The notes beneath the pieces were generated by a model. The model saw only the letters and a list, made by a program, of their open reading frames with translations, had not been told where the DNA came from and did not search any database. The translations under genes were made by a program, and so were the position numbers. A DNA stretch of 64,000 nt from Blepharisma stoltei ATCC 30299 (Eukaryota; Protista; Ciliophora), in contig CBFDEM010000020.1 in the NCBI GenBank assembly GCA_965603825.1, positions 186,001-250,000 of the forward strand, in the 5' to 3' direction. Below are positions 36,433 to 48,230 of the stretch, one piece after another. The first letter of the stretch is position 1; each line of letters starts with the position of its first letter.

Positions 36433-37578
36433 ATGAAATTTATGATATTAAAGAATATTTCAGATATTACATGGTCAGTGCTAAGGTATATGGTTGAAAA
36501 ATATAATCAAGTCTTGTAAAAATTACTCAGAGAATACGCTAAAGAATGCGAAAGAAATGAAAATTTGATAGAAGATGGAGAAACCATTAGGAAACTTCAA
36601 AAAATCGATGAAGATTATGCCGTTGAAGAAAGAAATGTAGCAGATCAAGAAATTCAAGCTTATATTCCTGCATATGTTGATATTGGAGTTAACACTGATA
36701 GGGATTTAGAGTCTTGCTGTGAGGATTTACCTGAAAAAAGACATAGAGATGATACCGAAGAAAATCATGAAAATAAATGCAATTTGTCAATCCCCGAAAA
36801 AATAGAAATCCATTATGAAATAAAATCATGCAAGAATAGAAAAAGTAGCTATTATAGGCTTAAAAATGAAAAATTCATCCAAATGCTGAAAGAACAAAGA
36901 CGAAAAATGAAAAATAATGATGGGCATCCAGAATTAAATAAATTTCCACTATCAGGCACCCCAGTTATGAGCTATATTGAAAAGAAGCACGAGTTTATCA
37001 ATAGCTTGATAATTCCTTCAAATAATTCTTCACTATTTAAAGTATCTAAAAGCGAAAACCTTTTTTCAACCCCAAACTCATTAAATGATTTAGATTCTAA
37101 CCCTGCAAACACTCCAGCAAGTCAAAATAACGGTTATCCTGATCTTAATGATGCTCCTTCTTTTTCCTACTCTAATATTATGGACTCTCCAAGCCCAAAA
37201 TTGCCAGAATTCAAAAGTTCTCCATCATTTTCTGAAGGCTCTTTTGTATCAAAGCATCTTTTTTGTCCTGGAAAATCTTCAGAACCTGAACAAAGTAATA
37301 AAAATGCTGAGAAACCAAAAGAAATAAAATTTTCGTCCCCAAAATTCGAGATTAACCCTTTTCATAGCAGAAACTCCTCAGATCAGAGCACTGTCAGTTC
37401 AAATCCTCTACTTTCTTCTTTTATTACATCTGGCCGAAAATTTTCTGACATTTTATACGCTGACGAAGAAATGACAAATCTTCCAAGCCAAGCTTTTATA
37501 AGCGCTTCTGCTAGTCGTTCAGTATTCGGAAAGTCAAATAGCTCTAATTTCCCTCCTTTCCTGAATAAAAATAAATAA
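36433..37578 (+). CDS. Hypothetical Ser/Pro-rich protein
   Basis: ATG 36433 is in frame with the track ORF once 15-nt intron 36516-36530 (gtaaaaattactcag, contains TAA) is removed. Confidence 0.68.
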
Positions 37579-37611
37579 CTTTAACTTTGCTTAATATGAA
37601 AGATTTAAAAC

Positions 37612-38451
37612 ATGGCGAGTATAAAGGCTCAACGGACTTACTACGTCTCTAATAGAACTTCGTTTCCTAAAACCCAGCAAAATTCACCTCAAAAAACTAG
37701 AAATAGCCCAATACCAGCTTCTTATAAACATACAACACCAAGACCACCTTCAAGGTCGCCTCAGTGTGTGGGGAGAGTAATTAACCATGTTAGGTATTTA
37801 ACCCCTGATAACTATGAAAGCATATTAAATAAGCTCCCATCAATTAAAAAATCACAAATCTCTTACATAACACAGACAATTGAAAAATCCAGAAAAAGTT
37901 CTCAAAATTCTCCATCCCCAGTGAGGCAGTTTTCAATCGAAAATTCGAGGTCGCCTGAAAGGAAAAGCACTATACTCAGCGACTATAATTGGCCTAAGAG
38001 AGCAGAAAAGCCGTCTAACTTGGTAAGAGCTGACCTAAGAAAAGGGTCTTTTTCTAAAAAACAAATTATTGGAATGAAGGAGAATACTATAAATGAGCAG
38101 GCTAAAATAGATTTAGATAGATATTCAGGATTTGGTAATAGATTTGACTACTGGGATGAAGTTAATAATGATTTATCTACACAGGAGTCTCCAAATTCCA
38201 CTGTTTATTATTGCAGAAACAGGCTTAAAACCTTATCAATGGCTTTTAAGCTTGATAAAACAGAATTTCAAAAGCAATTAAAAAGACAGTCAAGAAGGAC
38301 AATTTCAGAAAATGTTCATTTATTGCAAAATGAAAAGCAAGAAGGGCTTCCATTTGAACGATTTGTTCAGGATCTAGACCATATTGCTAATTTGGATGAT
38401 TCATTATATGATATCAGTCTAAAGAAAAGAAATTTTTTGAATAAATGGTAA
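37612..38451 (+). CDS. Hypothetical Ser/Pro/Arg-rich protein
   Basis: 279-codon ATG-TAA ORF. Confidence 0.68.
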   Translation: MASIKAQRTYYVSNRTSFPKTQQNSPQKTRNSPIPASYKHTTPRPPSRSPQCVGRVINHVRYLTPDNYESILNKLPSIKKSQISYITQTIEKSRKSSQNSPSPVRQFSIENSRSPERKSTILSDYNWPKRAEKPSNLVRADLRKGSFSKKQIIGMKENTINEQAKIDLDRYSGFGNRFDYWDEVNNDLSTQESPNSTVYYCRNRLKTLSMAFKLDKTEFQKQLKRQSRRTISENVHLLQNEKQEGLPFERFVQDLDHIANLDDSLYDISLKKRNFLNKW

Positions 38452-38753
38452 AGTTTATAAATAATTTCAATTAGGTTTAAATTAAATAACTAAACTCACT
38501 TTTAAACTTATAGCCTTAAATAATTAAAAATTAAGTAATTTAATATAAAATGCTGATAAAGAAGATCATAATATTATGCTTAAATAAAAAATTGCTTCAT
38601 AATAATTTATTTAGTGCCAATAATATTATAGATAATGAGCTTCGAACATTAGGAGATAATTATAATTTTTTATCTAATATTATTATCTTAGAAGGCTATA
38701 AATTATAATATCATTTAATTTGATTAATAACATTGCTATTAGTTAATATAATT

Positions 38754-41700
38754 CTAAAATAAATCACTATCAAACATTGTTCTTTGACCTGTTGGATTCG
38801 AGACATCTATATCAGCAAAAATGCTATCTTTATTAGCAATTTTTGATAATGTTTTATACTCCAATAGTGTTCCAATCTTGGCACTTTCTTCTTTGATTTT
38901 TTTAAGATTTTCTTTTATTTTTCATTTTTCTCTCATTATATTTGATTTATCTTCAGCAAAGCTCATAGCTCCTCCAATGCCTCCCATAAGCCCAAAAACA
39001 GACCCTAGTAATGCGCTGATTAACTTTATCCACGTTTGTTTACTACTTCTTGTAGTTATCAAGCAATTAGTATCTTTAGAAAAATTGATATCAAGATACA
39101 AATTATAAGAAGTTGCCAGCCTAAATAGAAATTACTCTTTTGCTACACATTGGGAACCTAAATTTTGGGCACCATATGTGAAAACATGGTAGCCGGTTAG
39201 CTCTAATCCTGTGTCAGTGTTTTGATAATACTAAATAAAAAATACTGAAGGAGTTAAATCAAACGTCAGAATTGTAGGCATTGATCCACGGAAAATTTTT
39301 CCAGACTCTGGATAAACTGTTGTTTCATAGCTGCTTAATGAATTAGGGATTGAAGAATTAGCAGTGATATTCACGACTCATCAAGCTGTATATGAAGAGC
39401 TGTTTCGAAAAGAAAACTCCATTTAAGCTCCAGTTCCTATTTCACAAGAATGACAGTTTAGGCTTAATTCGCATCCTAAATCGCTGTTTATACATATCAT
39501 TTTATCTCAATTGCCTGCAAATTTATTGGTGGAAAGACTGATAGTGTCAGCACAATTTCCATAATCATCCACACAAGGATATCTTATAGCTTTTATTAAG
39601 ACTTTGAGATCTGTTACAAATTTAGACACTTCGTGATTCATGACAACTAAAGGGACTAAAGATTTTATCTCGATTTCATTATTGATTGAGTAATCAATTA
39701 GTATGGATATAATAATCATAACAGCCAAAATCAAAAAAATTAATGAAAAAATCCCACCTATACGAGTCTTTTTTAACAGCATTGGAGTTTCAAGGACATG
39801 ATTATGCTGGGTTTTGTAAAGATCAATACTATCAAATAAATTCATTCGATTGGCGATACTAATTATTACACCTAATAAAAGCAGCCCAACAATAGCTACA
39901 GCAATCTGTGCATTCTTAGAATAGTTTTGAGAATCTCGGCTATGATCTGGTAGCAAGTTGGGCTGTATTGATGCATCATAAGTTTGTGAAAGCTTATAAA
40001 ATTAGTCACTGCTCCCTGCAGGACATGTAACTCCAGCTGGACAGTTAAGACAAAAAGAAGCCCCTTTATAAGGATTATAAGTCCCATCATTGCATGGATA
40101 ACACTGATCTATTGATGTTGCTCCTATTCCTGGGTAATACGTCCCTTTGGGGCATTTTAAGCATGTCCCGCCGTAATACGGCTGATAAGTCCCTGATGGA
40201 CAAATTTCACAGACATTGTTAGAAAGATAAGTTCCTGAGCTGCATCATGCCCAAGTGCAAGGATCGTTTCCAACACAAGCAGATATTAAATCAACATATA
40301 AAAAATTACTAACAGGGACAGTCCATCGAAAATTTTCTCCCATAGCAGCCCCTCCTCCATGCATATATATGCTAGTCCCAAAGCATTCTTGTGCAGCTGC
40401 AAAAATATACTTAGGAAGTACTCCAAATTTATAAAATCCATTGCTGGTTTGATTTCAATAATAGCAAGAGTCATCTGGGGAATTAATACCTTCTCCACCG
40501 AAATAGACATACTTAAAATTGACCTTAAAGATTTTAGTGTAGCCTCTTGCATATTGTAAATTGTCTTGATCGTGGTATAGCTTAGTCCAGTTCATATAAG
40601 ACTTATTGAAAATGTATATCCCATTTGAAGGGATTTCATTGGGTCCGATCCCACTATGCACAAATAGCCGGTGAGTCCTGTCAGATGGGCATTTGCAGCC
40701 TGCTAGATATATTGGACCGGGGCCGTCGTTTGCACTTTGTAGCTGGGTATAACTTTTAGTGTCTAAATCAAGATATCATAGTTCATCTGATAAGCCATTA
40801 TATGTAATTCCGCCATAAATTAGAACCATTGAATATCCAATTCCCATGCAGGCCCCAGTCCTAGGACTTGGGACTGATTCAGAACTATAGTCAACCTTAT
40901 ACCATATATTTGTTAGAATATTATAAATATAAGCGTCATTTAGATACCCTTCAACACTATAACCTCCTCAAATAATCAAAATATCTCCATTTGAGGCTGC
41001 AGCATGATGAGATCTCCCTGAAGGGACTTCTCCTCTTGGGCTTAAAAATTTCCATGCCAGTGTTTTAAGATCCAGCTTTCAAAAATCATTTAATTTTTCA
41101 CCTTTTCTATCCCCACCAAATAGCAGCAAATGTCCTCCAACAACGTTGAGAGAATGGCACATTCTTGAGCCAGGGTTATTGTATTCATTAAAATATTGAT
41201 ATTCAATAGGATTCTTAGACATGTCAAATATTATTAAGCTGTTTTTTTGCTCTAAATCTCGTGTGCCACCAAATAGATACACTTTTTCATGCAAAACTCC
41301 TAATCCATAAGAACTTCTTCTTATTAAATCGTTATTATCTCCCAAAATAGGTATAAGATTCCATTTAAATTCTGGATCTTCTAATGAAATTTTGTAACAA
41401 GTAGCCAGTTCTTTCATTGAGTTTGCTTCAAGTCCAAAGAAAATATAAAAATCACTGCCAATTAGTGCACCTTTAGCATGAGATCTAAAGGTAAATAAAT
41501 TAGAAGGATTCGTAATATTTTTTCATTCTTGGATAGTAAGATTGTATTGATAAAATGCTGATTTATAAGAATTTTCAGTATCAGTTGTTATGCCTCCTAT
41601 CATATAAATGCAATTAGAGAAATAAAAAATAATTGGATCTTCATAGGCATCCGGTATATCACCGCCATTTGGCTGAAACTTTTATTCTCATGTGTCTGAA

Positions 41701-42246
41701 TTTAATCTATATAATATATTACATAAATAAATCACGGCTTAATGCATCTGTAGAAATTCCTCCAAAAACAGCAAACATTGTAATCCCAGTTTCATTTCAT
41801 GACGTATAGCCTATTTTATATCTTGAATTTACTATAGTATTCCCATTAATTTCAATTTCTCTCCATGTGAAATATCTTAAATGAAAGCATCATATATCAT
41901 TTAAAACTCCTTTTGAGGATCTTCCACCTCATATACAATATTCTTCACTCTTATATCGATAAAATCCTCCTCCGCAGTATCTCCCATCTATATATTAAAT
42001 ACCTGGACTATAGTTATTGGTACCAAATAAAGCATTTCATGTATTAGAAGTGACATTAAACTGTCAAATATCACTATAAATAGATTCACGGTTTTCGTAT
42101 CCTCCAAAACCTACCATAGAGTTGTGAGAAGGAATTGCATCCATAATAAGACCTTTTCTTGGGTTAGGAGGAGAATCAGTTATCGGGAATGTATGAAATT
42201 CAAGTCCATATGCAATTATTAAAAAATAATTGAGAATCCATACCAT
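38754..42246 (-). pseudogene. Signal peptide + kelch beta-propeller + Cys-rich repeats + 3-TM protein gene with three in-frame TAA (pseudogene or readthrough gene)
   Basis: Traced in one frame from ATG 42246 to TAG 38754 using introns 41988-42002, 41707-41722, 39231-39245 and 39121-39135; TAA at 41682-41684, 40002-40004 and 39423-39425; no frameshift. Confidence 0.75.
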
Positions 42247-42383
42247 TATATACAGTTTTAATCAATCGAATGGAAAAATAAAAATAGATATTTAATATTT
42301 ATTCATAATTTTTACATTAAATGAATCTAAATTTTAATCTTTAATGTTGTGAAAAAATCATATAATTAAATAATTAAATTAAA

Positions 42384-42887
42384 CTAAGGAAGTTCTTCAT
42401 AGTGCTGTTTATCCTCAAACGCCTTGAATAGTATCCCTAACGCTAAAATCGCAATCATAAAAGCTCCAAACATAAAAAATATGACGAATAAGCTTAAAGA
42501 AAGATCATATCCATCCTCGTACTTGATAAGACACGAATAATCATCCCTCAAAAAGTAACACCCAATTGCCATCCATATAAAAATCACAAAGAGAGATATT
42601 ATTAGGAAGAGATAATACAAATTTCTGTAAAAAGGCCTTATCAAGCTTCTATAAAAGAAAATCTCCACGATTATCAATGCTAAAGAAGGAAAAGGTAAAA
42701 ATATTGCTAATATTATGAGTCATTCTTTAAGAGGGTCGTCATTGCATTCGTCATCAGTAGATCCAACAATAGCAGCAATAACAATCATAAGTGAAATGCC
42801 TCCAATGCCTAGTAAAGAGAGCATATATCTGATCACTTTGTTGTGAAGAGACTCCTCAGGGATTTTCCTCTCTGGTTGTTGCTCCAT
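42384..42887 (-). CDS. Small 4-TM protein with C-x-x-PL-x-x-WL motif, copy A
   Basis: ATG 42887; CNDDPLKEW(TGA)L aligns with CDDSPLREW(TGG)L of the adjacent paralog. Confidence 0.75.
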
Positions 42888-43183
42888 TTAAAATTTATCA
42901 TGTTAAAACGAATACTTTTAGGGTGTCAGCTAAATTTACTGCTGATATATTATTTTATTCAAGTAAGCTAATCTTCTTAGGTTGAGCTTTTTGCTGAAGG
43001 AACATAATTATTCTTATTTCATGCAAATATTTATTTTTATTATTTAGTGATAATTAATTTCTCTTTATTTTTCCGCAAAATTATGTCTTAGATTTATCCA
43101 TCTTCAAAGAAGATAAATTTCGTTTAATTATTCGATTAATTTTGTATATCTGATATTTATTTATTAAATCCCTAGTTTCAAAA

Positions 43184-43678
43184 CTAAGGAATAGGATTAT
43201 ATCCAGCTTTATATAATTCAGGCTTACTCAATAATCCAATTGCCAAAACTAAAACGATAACTGAAGCTCCAATATATGATACTCCAAATAAAAAGAAAGC
43301 CAAATCATATCCATCTTCAAATTTATCATTGCATGAATCATCATCCATGATTAAATATGTCCCTACTGCCATCCATAAAAAATATAGGATTGTTTCAATT
43401 GCTAGTATGGTGTGATAGCAGTTTCTAAACAGCTTATTTTCTAAGCTGTGTCCACAAAAAATTTCTGTAAGTATAGTTGGTATTGAAGCTACTCCTAGAA
43501 TAACAGCTAATGCAATAAGCCACTCCCTCAAAGGGGAATCATCACAATTATCGTCTGTTGAAGTTAATACTGAAATAGTTACAATCATCAAAGTTAATCC
43601 ACATAATCCTAAAAGAATTAACAAAAATCTGGTCAATCTTCCATGTCTTGATAGCTCTGATCCTTTTGGGTCTTCCAT
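43184..43678 (-). CDS. Small 4-TM protein, copy B
   Basis: 164-codon ORF with four hydrophobic segments; shares WMA.G and EDGYDL with copy A. Confidence 0.78.
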   Translation of the reverse strand: MEDPKGSELSRHGRLTRFLLILLGLCGLTLMIVTISVLTSTDDNCDDSPLREWLIALAVILGVASIPTILTEIFCGHSLENKLFRNCYHTILAIETILYFLWMAVGTYLIMDDDSCNDKFEDGYDLAFFLFGVSYIGASVIVLVLAIGLLSKPELYKAGYNPIP

Positions 43679-43850
43679 ATTTATTTTCTGATAAGTTTTC
43701 TTAAATAGGACAATTAGGTTTCATAAATGCACATCAGAATAATGGAGTGAGAGCAAAATTGTTAAAATTTTTTCATGTTGGAAAGTGATTGCGATCAATT
43801 ATTTTTTTGTTTATTAGCAATATCACATTTAATAATTATAAGTTGCAGTT

Positions 43851-45833
43851 ATCTCCCACTTTTTGGGCTAACTTGTTTTTCTAAAATTATTCAAGTTTTT
43901 AAGAATTTCTTGAACTTAAGTCCTAAAATTCCTATTAAGCTCACCAATTTCCCCCTAATACTTTCTTTTCATATCTCTTTAAATTTCCATTCGCATAAAA
44001 CTATTTGATAAAATCCTACAAAAGGAAGTCTTCCTTCAAAGTTTTTTTTTAAAAGATAATTACCTTTGCTCTACTATTTTTATATACTTGGCACTTCTCA
44101 ACTACGTGTGCTCATCTTTCGCAACTTTCCAGAGAATCTGAACTCAGGACTGCTAACCATATGTCTTATAAATTTATACTGATTTGTAAAATTTATGCAA
44201 TAGTTCCTGGATAAGCATTTTACCTTTAGCTCTAAGCCAGTTCCTAAATGCCAAGAGTCTATTTTTCATTTCAGTCTCAATGCTAGACAGGTCTGCAGTC
44301 TCCTTGAAGTCGCATGATGGTTCCAATTCACTATCATAATACTTAGACGATTCAAACGCCTCAGTTCCATACAATGTTAATACATGTTCTAGCAATTATC
44401 CTCTTCTTTTCCCCTTTTACACCTCTTAGTGAGTGAAGCAGCCCATAAAGGCTCAAACAGAGATTCTAATATCACATTAAAAATGTAAATATATCGATCT
44501 ACCAAAAAAATGAAAAGCACCAAAAGAAAGCAGCTTCAGGCTTCACCCATCACTCTAAACCCCAAAGAGCCAACTCAATCAGGTCTTACTCAAGCATAAA
44601 GAGACTTCTTCTCATTAAAAATACAACTCTCATTCACGAGACCACAAACACACTATTTATAAATAACTTTTCAAAATTTGAAACCTTTAACTGCAATGAT
44701 AGACATCAATACCAAGAATTTGAGCGAACAAATTTAGAAGACCTAAGAACTAACTGAAATTTCTGCATCCCTATCTTTTCAATTACTGCTGAACATCATC
44801 GTTTTAGATTTAACTTTGAAGACAATGCTTTTTACGAAAATAAAGGAAAATCTGAAGCAGAAGCAGAAATCTGGAGGCTGCTAAAAAAAACAACAATGAA
44901 GATCAACCTGGCTCTTCAAAAATCGTTTTTATCAACTGCTCCTCTAAAGCGAAGCTCCAAGGCAGAAAAAACCATCACTACTCGCTTTCTCCAAGAAGAA
45001 TGATGAAACCTACATTGAAGGATGCCTCACTATTTAAAATGATCGCACAATACCTGCATTTGGAAACAATAAATGAAAAGACTATTTGAACTTAACCATC
45101 TATCTCAATAGCAATTTTACAGCTGTTAATACTGATAAAAAAACATGAAAAATTATGGATATTGAGGAAACTAATGCAATTTTTGATATTGAAGGCTTTA
45201 TTGAATACTACCTACCTGGATGACTGTTAGCTTATACTATCAACTATTTCTGCGGAGGAGTTTCAACAATAAAAGCAGGGGCTGCAACTGACGCTGATGA
45301 AGGAGATAATTTTTATGATAATGACTGAGTAAATATGAATGCTGGAAAAGTAATTTCTATTGATCTAAGACCCCTGCAAAAATCAAATGAAGACACATGT
45401 AAGGAATGTGCTTTTATCGCAGCAACATGTGGAATGAAAAAACTGATTCCTCCAACATTTCTCACTCCTTCAAAATTTATCAGCCTATCTTTGGTAGAAG
45501 CTATGAACCAAATAAACGTGAATATCCGTGAATTTAAGAAAAAGGCTATAAAAAAATATAAAAATTTTTTTCGCAAACAATAATACTACGATGCACCTGA
45601 TGATTTATATGAAGAAAAAAAAAGAATTGAAAATACTACTTTCCGCACGAAATTGCAAGCGCTCTATTGCTATGCAGAATTGAAGAGAGATGAATTTATA
45701 ATTTACAATTCATGGAGAAAAGATGAATAGCATTGAAAAGATACAAGCATCTTAAAATTAAAAAGCCAATTGTCACTTTACAACTCATTGGATATTCCAT
45801 ATATATTTGTTGTTAAAAAGTTATGGCTTTTAA
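43851..45833. other. Decayed coding-like block of unknown origin (divergent interrupted ORFs)
   Basis: Minus-strand fragments at about 44400-43851 and plus-strand fragments at about 44510-45833; longest is 45155-45583 with TGA as Trp. Broken by TAA/TAG and frameshifts; no family recognised. Confidence 0.4.
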
Positions 45834-45974
45834 CTCCTAATTAATTCTTCAGCTTTAATTTTTTAGTTTAACATTTAACAGTTAATAAAATGGATCAAAG
45901 ATTTGCAATTTTATTATTTTAAAGTTTACTTTTATTCTATGACAATAATGAGAATAAAAGTATAACACCTTAGC

Positions 45975-48044
45975 TTATAAATTATAATTATTAATTATTT
46001 TCTTTTCCAAAGGATGCTCATATAAATTCTCGTTTGAAGCTATCAATGGCTCTTCTACGGCGTTCATATCTTCTTCAACCATAACAAAGCTTAAAACTTT
46101 ATTCAAAACTCTCACGCTTTTGATCTGAATAAATATATAAAAAATAATAGAAAGCACAAAATAAATAAAACCCATTGCTTCAATTCCTCCATATTTGTTA
46201 ATACAAAAAACCAAGGAAGTTGTCATCTGAAAAATGAAAACTGAACCTAAAATTGATTTTAAACATATTTCTGGTATATTTTTTCCTGATGAATTTTTGT
46301 CAACATAGTGCACACATAAAATTAAATATTTATGAACACAAAACTATATAACAATTACCCTCATTGAAAAATAGATCAGACCGAAAAATATAATTAATGG
46401 GAAATAAATTGAATATGTAAAGATAATAAGGAAAGCGTTCAGCATGGATGCATATTCATAAGAAAAATTGAAAGTTGGAGCTTCTTGTGCTAATATTTTT
46501 TCTTTTTCTGTAGAAGCAATATTTAATTTTATTTTTGTTTTAACAACCAAAAATGGCTGAAATAAATCAAAGCCATTTACTATAAAAGCTCGTGATAACA
46601 AATAAATTGTAAAGAATCCCCCTGTATTTGCTATTGCTTTTGGCAATTCAGTTTGCCAATTATCTCATGATCCATTGACTGTTAAATCTGCAATGGTTTG
46701 TGCACCCATTGCTTGTAGGAAGAATACATAAACCCCCATAAATAATAAATATTTAAGAAGCCTGCTTGCTGTTTCTCTTGCTGTATTAGTACGTCTTTCT
46801 TTCTGAACTATATATATAGTAGTATAATACAACACTACTGCTTGATAAAAAATTAATACTAAAACAGGAAAATATTTTCCTATTATTCCCTCAATGAATT
46901 CTCTGCCTTTAAAATCTGGAAATAAATGGTTGACAAAATACAGAAAAGCAACAGGTGTGAGTACAACAAAAAACATAGCACAGAAAAATACCAACAAAAG
47001 CCATCTTTTTGTGCGCATTTCTTTATAATCTTGGTCTAAATTTTCTCATTTAATTTCATGTGGTGAAGGTGCTGTTTTTATTATTCACTCTTTCCCTTTG
47101 ACATTATTATTTAACCAAATTCTGGCATTTTCTGCTGATTTTGTAGTTCTAAACGTCACATAACAAAATCCAGAGTTCCCAGTTGGCTCTTTTGTCAAAA
47201 GATCTTCATATTTTTTTCTGTATTTTTCTACTAATTTTTCATAGTGAGACTGCGTCCCAATTATTTTTTCTAGTCATTTTATTTTCTTTGTAATATGACT
47301 ATGTGTTTCACCATATAAAACATAATGCTCAACTTTTTCCTTCGCATCTTCTAATTTGTTCTGGCATCTATAGAGCTTAGCCAAATTAGGAACGACATAA
47401 ATCGAAATTATATTATTTCAAAACTCATCTTGCAGTAGGTTATTTACCATAGTCCGGATAAATTCGCATGATTTATTTTTCGGCAGATCACTTATTTCAA
47501 GGACATAATTGAATAGTTGGATTTTCTATATAAAAAATACGCTTTGCTGAGCTTTGGTTGTAACTTCTTTAAGCACTCTATATGCTAGATAATAACCAAA
47601 TATAGAAAAAGGGATAAAATAAATTACAGCAGCCACCATATAATTTGGCGAGTCTAAAATATTTGCAATCCCTGATTTTTCAATTCCATCCTTATGGACT
47701 TTATTTCCTTGTGCATATATAGGAACAAGTACAATTACCCCAATTATGCACATTAAAAGTAAAATCTGGATGATTTTTCAAAGTAATGTTAAATAAAGAT
47801 AAGCTTCACCTCCGCATCTCTCATAAATATCTTGAAGTGATGTGTTTCAAACATTTATAAATAAGGTTTCTAATGGAGTATCAGATTCAGAAAAAATTGC
47901 ATTTTTTGGAATAATCTTGGGATTTCTTGAAGTTATATGCTTGCTTCGAAATCTCTTATATACCAAAAATAAAGCAAATAAAATGCAAAATATAAGAATG
48001 TTAAACCCAAAAGCAGAGATAAGGCCGGATAAGATTGGATCCAT
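45975..48044 (-). CDS. OSCA/TMEM63/CSC1 mechanosensitive cation channel, copy A, 679 aa
   Basis: SGFCYVTF, APSPHEIKWENL, multiple TM helices; introns 47526-47540 and 46344-46358; several TGA=Trp. Confidence 0.88.
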
Positions 48045-48230
48045 AATAAATTTATAGGAATTTTACATTAAATGATAAAAATACTTATTTACTTTAATGA
48101 TTATACATTTTATACTTAAAATGGCCTATATGGAACTAATTAGAGAATATTTTGTAATATCGAAAATTAATTCAAAATCAAATATTCTCCTTATCTCAAA
48201 ATTAAAATAAATTATTAATAGCTTAAAATT

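Noticed and set aside
39993-40009. 17-nt GT-AG segment (gtgactaattttataag, minus strand) as an intron removing the TAA at 40002
   Set aside because: Not GTA-type, and excision would shift a frame that is otherwise continuous.
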